This document shows, in pieces, positions 50,878-60,344 of a DNA stretch of 64,000 nucleotides. The notes under the pieces were generated by a model that saw nothing but the letters and a program-made list of their open reading frames with translations, did no database searches and was not told the DNA's origin. The DNA lies in contig OZ242326.1 in the NCBI GenBank assembly GCA_965208325.1, forward strand, positions 2,976,001 to 3,040,000. Reading direction: 5' to 3'. A program made the translations under genes and the position numbers. The DNA comes from Candidatus Poribacteria bacterium (GTDB lineage: Bacteria > Poribacteria > WGA-4E > PCPOR2b). Each line of letters opens with the position of its first letter. Position 1 is the first letter of the stretch.

Positions 50878-52509
50878 TCAGACGGCGGCAGGAAGCTTGA
50901 CTGTCGCTGTCGTGCCCCTTCCAAGTTCTGAGGAGAAGGTTAATTTCCCGCCATGATTCTTGACGATAGTGTAAGAGATTGACAGCCCGAGGCCGTTACC
51001 TCCGGCGTCACGCTTGGTAGTGAAAAAGGCGTCCATGATGCGTTCTAAATTTTCAGGCGGAATTCCCTCTCCCTCGTCGCAAACCTCAATTAATACATCG
51101 TTTGAACGCTTTCGGGTCGAAACCGAGATTTTTTTGCTCGGGTCGGGCAGCGCATGGCAAGCGTTCGTGATTAAGTTAATGAATACCTGCTCAATTTGTT
51201 GCGCATTACCCTGAATCATCGGCAGGCCGGACTCCAAATCGAGCGAGAAATTGTTTGAAGCGCTTTTTATCAAATTCCTTATAATCACCATTGCAGCGTT
51301 AATCACCTCATTGCAATCAACGGATTGTTTTAATTCTTCGTCTCCGCTTTGCGAAAAATCGCTGAGCGCGTCCACAATCTCTTGGATTCGCCTTGCCCCG
51401 CTAATCATTGCCAAAGTCATGTCCTTGATTTCAGTTTTTAATTTCGTATAGGGCTCTCCAGCGCACATAAAGTCCCCATTCTCTTGGTAATACCTATCTA
51501 GGATGGGCATTACGGCCAACCAATATTTCTCAAGGACTTGTCCGTTCTGCAATATAAAACCGTTCGGGTTGTTAATCTCGTGCGCCACGCCGGCGGTCAT
51601 GACGCCTAATGACGCCATCTTATCCGCTAGAATCAACTGGCGCTGCTGCTGCGCAGTCAATTCCTCGGTCTGCTTGCGTTCCGTGATGTCCAGCGCAAAG
51701 CCCGCTACGCGGTAGGGTACGCCGTTGTCATCGTTGACTGGAAAGGCGCGCGCATGAATCCAACGGATTTCACCATCCGGACGCACCATACGGAACTCAT
51801 ACTCCACTAAATCGCCGCGTTTCTGACGCTCAAAATTCGCAATAACCTGCGGCAAGTCATCCGGATAGATGCTGTCCGCCCACGACATCGGCGCCGCCAT
51901 TAAGTCCGTGCGGGACCGTCCCCATATCTCATCGTATCCGGGACTGAGGTAGAAAAACTCGTCCCCTTCCAGCGACATTAGCCAGAATACCTCGCGGACG
52001 CTGTTCGCCAACTGGTGAAAGCGTTCTTCACTCGCTCGAAGCTCCCGTTCCGTCTCCTTCTGCCGCGTGATGTCCCGCCAGATGAACCGGCAGTAAAGCG
52101 CCTTTCCTCTTGTATTACGGTAGGTTACGGCATTTAAGTTTACCGCCAACGCGCTTCCATCACTCTTCCGCAATACTAGCTCCATATCACGTATAGTACC
52201 GTCGCTTACAAGGTTAGCGAAGGCTTTCTTTGCACCTTCGACACTGTCCGGATGATATATCTTCGAAATAGGGCGGCCGACAATCTCCGCTTCTGCGTAT
52301 CCCAACGCCGCGCATAACGCTTCATTGCAGTGGAGAACCCTTTCCGAGACGGCATCAGCAGAAGCAAACATGTCCGGGCCGTTGTAATATGGATCGGTCT
52401 GCGACATCCGCTTGAATTTATCTCTATCGCGCTCTAACCTCGCCACGCGCTGGCGCAACCGCCGTATTTCGCTATTTCGTTGTGATTGTTTCCCATCTTC
52501 CTTTTGCAT
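50878..52509 (-). CDS. Cytoplasmic PAS-PAS sensor histidine kinase
   Basis: Two PAS/PAC domains; H box 'AHEINNP'; N box 'QVFINLITNA'; 'DEGEGI', 'FFTTK', 'GNGLGL'; no TM segments. Confidence 0.94.
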   Translation of the reverse strand: MQKEDGKQSQRNSEIRRLRQRVARLERDRDKFKRMSQTDPYYNGPDMFASADAVSERVLHCNEALCAALGYAEAEIVGRPISKIYHPDSVEGAKKAFANLVSDGTIRDMELVLRKSDGSALAVNLNAVTYRNTRGKALYCRFIWRDITRQKETERELRASEERFHQLANSVREVFWLMSLEGDEFFYLSPGYDEIWGRSRTDLMAAPMSWADSIYPDDLPQVIANFERQKRGDLVEYEFRMVRPDGEIRWIHARAFPVNDDNGVPYRVAGFALDITERKQTEELTAQQQRQLILADKMASLGVMTAGVAHEINNPNGFILQNGQVLEKYWLAVMPILDRYYQENGDFMCAGEPYTKLKTEIKDMTLAMISGARRIQEIVDALSDFSQSGDEELKQSVDCNEVINAAMVIIRNLIKSASNNFSLDLESGLPMIQGNAQQIEQVFINLITNACHALPDPSKKISVSTRKRSNDVLIEVCDEGEGIPPENLERIMDAFFTTKRDAGGNGLGLSISYTIVKNHGGKLTFSSELGRGTTATVKLPAAV

Positions 52510-52590
52510 TTCTCACCTCGGGATTTGCCGGATAAGTTCGCAAAAAGAATAACACCGTTTTGCGCGTATGTCAATCCATACATACTGTCA

Positions 52591-53618
52591 TGTGGGAATT
52601 CCGATTCTCGACTGTATGTCTATGACCCCCACTAACTCCCCTTTGGTAAAGGGGAGGATTAAACTGAAAAACAGCCTTTGTAGGTTGGGTAGAGCGGGGC
52701 CGATGAATCATGTGAATTATGAGACATGAGGTTGTGGAATTGATTGCGTTCAAGATTTGGTAGCGCGCAGCGAAACCCAACATTTTTTAAATCTCGAGAG
52801 GGCAGAAAAGCGTTGGGTTTCGCTAAACGTAATTTGCAAAGAACATTGTCTTGGTTACTGAACCGTCAAAGCAATCGGAACGGTTTTGGTATCACCCGCT
52901 CTACCCAACCTACAAAGACTCCCCCTTGGTAAGGGGGAGGATTAAACTGAAAAACAGCTTTTGTAGGTTGGGCAGAGCGGGGCTGATGAATCATGTGAAT
53001 TATGAGACATGAGGTTGTGGAATTGATTGCGTTCAAGATTTGGTAGCCCGCAGCGAAACCCAACGCTTTTGAAATCTCGAGAGGGCAGAAAAGCGTTGGG
53101 TTTCGCTACACGCAATCTGCATAGAGCAATGTTTTGGGTGCTGACCCGTCAAAGCAATCGGAACGGTTTTCGTATTACCCGCTCTACCCAACCTACAAAG
53201 ACTATGTTGGGGCTAAGAACGATTGTTCATTTCGATATGGTGTAAACTGTGGGAGGGACATCCCTGTCCCGATAATCAGGGCTAGGAAGCCCTTCCCACA
53301 GGCGTTTCACTGCATGAATACGTGAAGAATGAGGGGAGAAAACCCGTACACTATTCGACCTTTCGGACTTGTGGGTAATAGTAAGCCCCTTGGTAAGGGA
53401 GAGGATTTAACTGACAAAACAGCTTTTGTAGCGAAACCCAACGCTTTTGAAATCTCGAGAGGGCAGAAAAGCGTTGGGTTTCGCTAAACGTAATTTGCAA
53501 AGAACATTGTCTTGGTTACTGAACCGTCAAAGCAATCGGAACGGTTTTGGTATCACCCGCTCTACCCAACCTACAAAGACTGTATTTATATGACCCCCTC
53601 TAACTCCCCCTTGGTAAG
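52591..53618. repeat. Tandem composite REP/REPIN-like array
   Basis: About three units of CCCCCTTGGTAAGGGGGAG + GTAGGTTGGGTAGAGCG..CGAAACCCAAC + GTTGGGTTTCG..CGCTCTACCCAACCTAC. Confidence 0.85.
53366..53385. mobile_element. Solo IS end identical to the inverted repeat of the neighbouring IS4-family element
   Basis: GACTTGTGGGTAATAGTAAG directly followed by CCCCTTGGTAAGGG. Confidence 0.75.
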
Positions 53619-55272
53619 CTTACTATTACCCACAAGTCTTCGGAGGTAGTGGTTTTCTATGTTAGTGCTAAGAACTATCGTTCAATTCGACACTGTGAAA
53701 AAGGCGAAAGGTGTCAGAAATATCTCTTAACCGCTGCCACCCTCGCCAGATAACAGTCACCCCAGGCTCACCGTCGGACCTGCGCGCTAAAAAACCACCG
53801 AGCTTGGCAATCCAAATCACTACCTCAGAAACGGTAGGAATTTGCTTGGGCAAAGTGCTACGCCGATGAGACACACAATAGAGCGCTTTCCACTCATCAG
53901 ATGTTAGCACACACCTACAATCCGCAGTCGGGGCATGGCGGTTCATCATCGTCAGCCAGTACAACCGCCACGCAATCACACTGGTTAGCGCAAAGTATCG
54001 TAAAAGCCGACTTTTAGTTTGCAGACGGCACGATTCGATTTTGGTGCCGGATTTGAGGACCTTGAAATAGACTTCAATTTGCCATCTTAAACTGTACCAA
54101 CGTATTCGTTCCAGAGCGTCCGAAAAATTGGCCACTTCTACATTCGTGATTAACAGCCATTCAATCGGGGTTGCCCTCGCGGGTGGATTCACCTCTGCTA
54201 CCCAGATGACATTCACCTCAATTGCAGGTAGATTTGGCGATTGTGACGCCTGCGAACGATAGGGAGGAACCAGCGTCGTTGCCGTAAAATGAACACTGAC
54301 CGTAGCCTCACGAGATGCTTGGTTCCCACGAGCGGGTACCTTAACAACTAGCATACCGGAAGCAGGTTGACTTTTGACCAAGGGATTGAGTTTACCCAGC
54401 TCATCATCAACAATTCGATTCTGAACCGCTCGAATCACGAAGGGTGTGTCTTGTGATTCAACAAAAAATTCATAAATATCGGCTTCACGGTCACAGATGG
54501 AAATTACCTCAACCCCTGCTGGAGTTTGCGCTTTGATTTCATTTAACGCTTCAATCCATTTGTAACTCTCTTTTTCAGTCAGTGGCGGATTGGTTTTGCG
54601 AACGGTTTGCTCGGAATCTTCCCGGACCCAAACTTTATCCGTGAGTCACCCCAATGGCAATCCCGACTCAGTGAGCACTAGCGTCGTGTGTTTGACAAAC
54701 CCGTAGATTTGCTGCGACTTTGTCCCAATTGGACCTAAGCCCTCGGTCAACGGGTGATGCGTGTAATTCAGATAGGTCGTATCCTGTACTGCAAAAACAC
54801 GTTGATGTTCACTCATTCGTTCAACAGTACGTTGAAAGTGAGGCACTAGAATTTTTTCTGCTGTGACCTTCTGGTTATCAAATAAACGATAAGCTGCTTT
54901 TGTGGCTGCCCAATCACCACAGGCAGCGTTGATGGAGGATTGCGGATAGCCTGATAATTCTTCGGCGACATCAATCAGTCGCTCAGTGAGACGTTTATCT
55001 CCCAAATGAATCGTCCCAAATTCTTGGCGACTCCAAGGGAGCTTGAACTCATCATGGTTTGAAGGCATAGTTGACTCCAATTTCGTAGTGAGGTCGTTAT
55101 GATTTTCGGTAACCTAGCCCCTCGAATTTATCACATTTGCTTTCGCCAAGCAAATACTGATTCTCGATTCCGATATGTTACCCGCCTAACTTGCACGCAA
55201 TCATGTTAGGCAAATAAGAGACGCAAAAAAACGCTCACCTTCCAGATTACATGACTTGTGGGTAATAGTAAG
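53619..55272 (-). mobile_element. IS4-family (IS50/Tn5-like) insertion sequence, 1654 bp
   Basis: Perfect 20-bp terminal IRs CTTACTATTACCCACAAGTC (53619-53638 and 55253-55272); 9-bp TSD CTTGGTAAG (53610-53618 and 55273-55281). Confidence 0.93.
53668..55068 (-). pseudogene. IS4/IS50-type DDE transposase interrupted by an in-frame TGA
   Basis: 'LGDKRL..R', 'VQDTT', 'CDREAD', 'YSLRWQIEVYFKVLKSG', 'LGGFLAR..DGEPG..VIWRG'; TGA at 54648-54646 with the frame continuing. Confidence 0.88.
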
Positions 55273-55358
55273 CTTGGTAAGGGGGAGAATTTTTCTGTAT
55301 CATTCCCATGTGCGATTGATCTGGACAAAATAACGCATTAAAATCCCTGCGTTTGCGG

Positions 55359-56741
55359 TTACCACCGTTCGTCAGAGAATCGAGCATTTGGCATGGCATA
55401 GTGTTCCCCTTTTGTTACCTCGGGGGCGCGGCGCTGAAACATATCCCTTTCGCTATGGCTGGGATGTTCATAACCGCCAATGACATAAACAATTGCGCCG
55501 GCTTGGCGGCAAACGCTAATCGCCATATCCGGTGAATATCCCCTCTCGCGGCGGCGGCTGGTCGGTTCATTCGTTACGATGATGAGGACAAGTTGGCGAT
55601 CCGCAGGCGTTTGAAGCTTTGGGACACCCTCGATTATTGCATCAAGCAGGTGTTCATCGCCTTCCTTGGGAAGCCGAAATACCTTCTTGACCTGCTCGGC
55701 ATCTAACGGTGGTTTCGTCACCACGATTGAACTTTCTCCCCCGCCTACTCGCGCCCAGAACCGGATAACCCCGAAACGATAGTCGAGTCCTCCTTCATCT
55801 AGCGTATCCGACAAAACATCAAACCCAACGCAAATATCTTCGACATCGGCTTTCATGCTAAAACTGGAATCGAAGACGAAGACAATATCGGAAGGTGACT
55901 TTACTGTTTCGACGAAGTGTTCGCCAATGAGTTCGAAAATCCCGCCAATTCTTTGAATCCGCTTATCCAAATATGAGGGTGTCGTCCGTACCTGCTGGTA
56001 TTCGTCAACTGCGTACCACTTCCCGCCGGTCTCCTCCGCCAACTGTAACTGCACGGCTTCATTTATCCCTATAACGTTGACGTGAGTCTTGTCCTGTTTA
56101 CACCGCTCAATTATCTGATTGGTACGTTGCTGTGTTGCATCTGGTGCTTTCCATGCCGTCTGCAACGGGGAATTTGTGACGACAATCATGTGCTTGCCGG
56201 CATCCGACCTGTAGTCCAACTCTCTTACTCCCCACATAATCGCCTCAAGTCCATATCCGTTGAATTGGTTGCCCTGAAATTGGGCATGAAAGCCCGCTTG
56301 AATTGCACGGAGGTCGTTCCTGAATTGGCTGCCCTCAAATTTTGGACCGCCCTGATTTTGAAACCAGACGGGCGCTATCCGGTAGTTCACCCCCGACTCT
56401 TCGAACACACTTACCACATTGTCAAGCTGTTCTTCAAGCTCCGATATCGCCGCACTCATATTTTCGCCGCGTTCGATGACAAAGACCAAATCAACCATCT
56501 TTTCCTTACCTTGACGGCTAGCGCGGCGTGTAATGCCGAGGAGGCTTTTACCGACATTTACCTTTGTTACCCTTTCCTCGTCTTTCGGCTCTTTTTTTGG
56601 GCTGACCATGACTCGCCGCTTTCTGCGCGGCGGTTGCACTTCCGCTCCGGCAATTGCTGCAAGTCCATCAACACCAATCCAGATTGCCAGTATCATTAAA
56701 GCAATCCCAGTTTTCCACGTATAGCGTTTTGATGCGGTCAT
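55359..56741 (-). CDS. Secreted tandem vWA-domain protein (paralogue 1)
   Basis: Signal peptide; degenerate MIDAS 'DLVFVIERGENM' and intact 'DIVFVFDSSFSM'. Confidence 0.85.
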   Translation of the reverse strand: MTASKRYTWKTGIALMILAIWIGVDGLAAIAGAEVQPPRRKRRVMVSPKKEPKDEERVTKVNVGKSLLGITRRASRQGKEKMVDLVFVIERGENMSAAISELEEQLDNVVSVFEESGVNYRIAPVWFQNQGGPKFEGSQFRNDLRAIQAGFHAQFQGNQFNGYGLEAIMWGVRELDYRSDAGKHMIVVTNSPLQTAWKAPDATQQRTNQIIERCKQDKTHVNVIGINEAVQLQLAEETGGKWYAVDEYQQVRTTPSYLDKRIQRIGGIFELIGEHFVETVKSPSDIVFVFDSSFSMKADVEDICVGFDVLSDTLDEGGLDYRFGVIRFWARVGGGESSIVVTKPPLDAEQVKKVFRLPKEGDEHLLDAIIEGVPKLQTPADRQLVLIIVTNEPTSRRRERGYSPDMAISVCRQAGAIVYVIGGYEHPSHSERDMFQRRAPEVTKGEHYAMPNARFSDERW

Positions 56742-56871
56742 TGAGGTTTCTCCCTTCCTGTGATCGCCCTAGTCACGACGGTTTACACAGTGTTGCACTG
56801 CAATTCTCTCTAGCCGTAGCTACGGAATAACGACTTTCAATATTCTCGTTTATCGCCCCTACGGTGCGTTC

Positions 56872-59076
56872 TTACTTGACAACGACCATCCGCCGTAACG
56901 CGGTGTAATCACCCGTTCGGAGTTGATAGTAATAGGCGCCGCTTGTGACGGATTCCCCGTTTTGGTTTCGTCCGTCCCAATATGCCGCGCTAGCTTTGTC
57001 TCGGTAGGTTCCTGAATCTTGATGCCCAATGTCGAGTGTGCGGACGATATGACCGCTCTGATCATAGATGCTCAAGGTAACGAGCGCATCGTTCGCCAAC
57101 TGGTACGGTATCCAGGTTTCGGGGTTGAAAGGATTCGGATAATTCTGCAGCAACGCCGTGCGTTTGATGTTTCCCAAGGTCGTGATGCGTTTTTCCAGCG
57201 GTCTCACCGCTAATCGGATTGAAGAGTCAACTTCCCACAACAACACGGTGCCGTCCCGGCTTGCACTTGCAAGCGTGCGGCCAACGGATCCGAACGCGAC
57301 GCTTTCGACCGTATGTGTATGCCCTTCGAGCGTTTGCAAAAGTTCTCCCGTATCGGCGTTCCACAGCCGAACGGTGGTGTCTTGACTCCCCGTGGCAAGC
57401 GCGTGGCCGCCGGGACTGAACGCGACGCTGGTGACCGCCCCCGTTTGTTCTTCCAACGTTCGCAGGTGTTTTCCGTTCTGGGCGTTCCACAATTGGATGG
57501 TCTTGTCCTGGCTTCCACTGGCGATAGTGCGGCTGTCGGAGCTAAACGCAACGCTATTGACCGAATCGGTGTGCCCAACGAACGTACGCAGATGTTTGCC
57601 GTTCTGGGCGTTCCACAATTGGATGGTTTTGTCCTGACTTCCACTGGCGATAGTGCGGCCGTCAGGGCTGAACACAACGGAATTTACCGCATTTCCATGC
57701 CCCGCTAGCATACGGAGATGTTTTCCGTTCACCGTATCCCACAGCCGGATGGTATCGTCCGAACTCCCACTAGCGAGCGTACTTTCATCGGTACTAAAAA
57801 CAACGCTTTCGACCGGTTCCGTATGCCCTTTGAACGTCTCCAAGTGTTTCCCCGTGTCCGCGTCCCAAAGTTGGACCGTAGCGTCCGCACTTCCGCTGGC
57901 TACGGTGCGACCATCGGAACTGAACGCAACGCTATAGACGGAGTCCGCACTCGGTCGGGTCAGCATTCGCAGGAATTCGCCCGTATCGGCGTCCCACAGC
58001 CGGATAGCGTCGTCCGAACTGCCGCTGGCGATGGTGCCGCCGTCCGGACTGAACTTAACGCTATACGTGTAACCCATATAGCCGCTGATTGTTCGCAGGT
58101 GTCTCCACGTCTCTGCGTCCCAAACCTGAATAGTAGCATCCGCGCTCGCACTCGCGTATGTGCGTCCATCGGGACTGAAGGCAATGCTACGCACCCCAGA
58201 CGTATGCCTTTTGAGCGTTCGCAGGTGATTCCCTGTATCGGCGTCCCACAATCGAGTGGTTTCGTCCACACTCGCGCTAGCGATTGTACGTCCATCGAGG
58301 CTGTACGTTACGCTGGTGACCAATTCCGTATGTCCTTCAAGCGTTCGCAGATGCTGCCCGGTGTCGGTACGCCACATTCGGACTGTATCATCCCCACTCG
58401 CACTCGCGAGATTTCGTCCATCGGGACTGAATGCAATGCTGTGAACCGATTTCGCATGCCCTTTGAGCGTACGAAGGCGTACTCCCGTATCGGTTTGCCA
58501 TAGATGGATGGTTGCGTCCCGGCAACCCGCCGCAAGTTTAAGTCCATCGTGACTAAAGGCAAGGCTAGTTGCATTAGATCGATGTCCGGTGTACGAGCGC
58601 AGGCGTTCTCCCGTAGCGGCGTCCCACAATCGGATACCGACTCCGCCGGCGCTGGCGATTGTCCGCCCATCAGGGCTGAATACAATGCTGACGACCGTAT
58701 GTGTGTGCCCTTTGAGCGTTTGAAGGCGTTCGCCAGTATCGGCGTCCCATATCAAGACGGCAGCATCTCGACTCCCACCGGCGATTGCGGCGCCGTCGGG
58801 GCTGAATCCAACGCTATCGAAATACGTGTGTGCACCCAGTAGCGCAATCTCTTCATGGGTCGCCGTATCGTAGACCCAAATTCCAACAGTGCTAGCGACC
58901 GCGAGTCGAGTGCTGTCCAGCGAATACCGGATTTCACGTATCCCGCCTTTACCAAGGCGCGCTTTAACGCCTTCAGGCAGCCCCCATTGCGGAGAGTTTT
59001 CGGCAAAGCCGAAGGGTAATGTTACTGCGAAAATGAACAGCAATAATCCAAAGGTAAAGGACCTGGTTTTCTGCAT
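56872..59076 (-). CDS. Secreted WD40-repeat protein with C-terminal FlgD/T9SS-type-A-like domain (paralogue 2)
   Basis: GGAGG RBS; signal peptide; WD40 repeats; 'LLQNYPNPFNPETWIPYQL'. Confidence 0.93.
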   Translation of the reverse strand: MQKTRSFTFGLLLFIFAVTLPFGFAENSPQWGLPEGVKARLGKGGIREIRYSLDSTRLAVASTVGIWVYDTATHEEIALLGAHTYFDSVGFSPDGAAIAGGSRDAAVLIWDADTGERLQTLKGHTHTVVSIVFSPDGRTIASAGGVGIRLWDAATGERLRSYTGHRSNATSLAFSHDGLKLAAGCRDATIHLWQTDTGVRLRTLKGHAKSVHSIAFSPDGRNLASASGDDTVRMWRTDTGQHLRTLEGHTELVTSVTYSLDGRTIASASVDETTRLWDADTGNHLRTLKRHTSGVRSIAFSPDGRTYASASADATIQVWDAETWRHLRTISGYMGYTYSVKFSPDGGTIASGSSDDAIRLWDADTGEFLRMLTRPSADSVYSVAFSSDGRTVASGSADATVQLWDADTGKHLETFKGHTEPVESVVFSTDESTLASGSSDDTIRLWDTVNGKHLRMLAGHGNAVNSVVFSPDGRTIASGSQDKTIQLWNAQNGKHLRTFVGHTDSVNSVAFSSDSRTIASGSQDKTIQLWNAQNGKHLRTLEEQTGAVTSVAFSPGGHALATGSQDTTVRLWNADTGELLQTLEGHTHTVESVAFGSVGRTLASASRDGTVLLWEVDSSIRLAVRPLEKRITTLGNIKRTALLQNYPNPFNPETWIPYQLANDALVTLSIYDQSGHIVRTLDIGHQDSGTYRDKASAAYWDGRNQNGESVTSGAYYYQLRTGDYTALRRMVVVK

Positions 59077-59314
59077 TGAGATTACCTCCGTATTAAAAAA
59101 TTAGAATATGGAGCACTCCACGTTGAAAGGAATTTGGGTTGGGTGTTGATTGAATCACCCAACCCAAATTGGAGGATTAGCCTTTATTCGACGCTGAAAC
59201 GCTCTAAAACTTCCGATAGGCTAAAACTCTCTGAATTGAAAACATCCAATTTGGTGTAAATGAATGAATCGTTAGGCGCTGCAGACCGTTCTGCAGCTTG
59301 TGGTATTGTTTATA

Positions 59315-59331
59315 AGCAAAATGCATGCCAA
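59315..59331 (-). promoter_or_regulatory. Sigma-54 -24/-12 promoter
   Basis: Minus strand TTGGCATGCATTTTGCT matches TGGCAY-N5-TTGCW. Confidence 0.78.
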
Positions 59332-59705
59332 TACATATAATCGCCTTCATTTTAGACTGGGTTTGGCTCATAAACCCTTATGTGCAAAGGGATGCGGAAA
59401 ATTTTAATTTTTTGTTTTGGACGGCATGGCTTTACATGCCTATGGCAAAGGATGCGACATTTGTTGACACAATTTAGGGAAATTTGGGGTTGCCGGTGCG
59501 TGAAGCCTTGCCACACAAGGGTTCTGGGGGATGTGCGACAAAAGTTTACAAAAGCAAAAAATGTCGCACCCTATTTTGAAAACGGAATCCTCGGCGGGTA
59601 AGTTGGGATGATACAAATACTGAGCAAGAATTAGGTGCAACGGTTGAACTAACTGCCATGGATTTCATGCGCGCACTATCCTGCATTTCGGGTAACCGAG
59701 CGCTT

Positions 59706-60273
59706 CTAGGTTGGGTAGAGATCAACTGAGCGAATAGCGAATGCGATAGTCTTATCCGAAACCCTACGCTTTTAAAATATCTCAATGGCAGAAAAGCGTC
59801 CGGTTGGTTGAATTCTGGTAGGAGGGAATTCCGATTCCCGATGGAATGTCAACAACCCCCTCTAGCTCCCCCTTGGTAAGGGGGAGAATTAAACTGAAAA
59901 ACAGCTTTTGTAGGTTGGGTAGAGCGGGGCTGATGAATCATGTGAATTATGAGACATAAGGTTGTGGAATTGATTGAGTTCAAGATTTGGTAGCGCGTAG
60001 CGAAACCCAACATTTTTTAAATCTCGAGAGGGCAGAAAAGCGTTGGGTAGAGCGGGGCTGATGAATCATGTGAATTATGAGACATGAGGTTGGGGAATTG
60101 ATTGCGTTCAAGATTTGGTAGCGCGTAGCGAAACCCAACGCTTTTGTAACGTCGCAAGGGTTTCAAAGCGTTGGGTTTCGGATAAGACTATCGCCTTCGC
60201 TATTCGCTCAGTTGATCTCTACCCAACCTACAAAGACTATAACCCCCTCTAACTCCCCCTTGGTAAGGGGGAG
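59706..60273. repeat. Composite REP/REPIN-like array
   Basis: Same units as 52591-53618, including the internal spacer 'GATGAATCATGTGAATTATGAGACAT'. Confidence 0.85.
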
Positions 60274-60344
60274 GATTTTTCTGTATCATTCCCCTGTGCG
60301 ATTGATTTGGACATATTTACGCATTAAAATCCCCGCGTTAGCGG

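Noticed and set aside
52591..53618. CRISPR array or protein-coding ORFs in the repeat cluster
   Set aside because: The intervening sequences are themselves repeated, and the short ORFs are translations of REP-like palindromes.
54646..54648. Selenocysteine or alternative genetic code
   Set aside because: TGA is a normal stop for many genes in this window, and a transposase is not a plausible selenoprotein.
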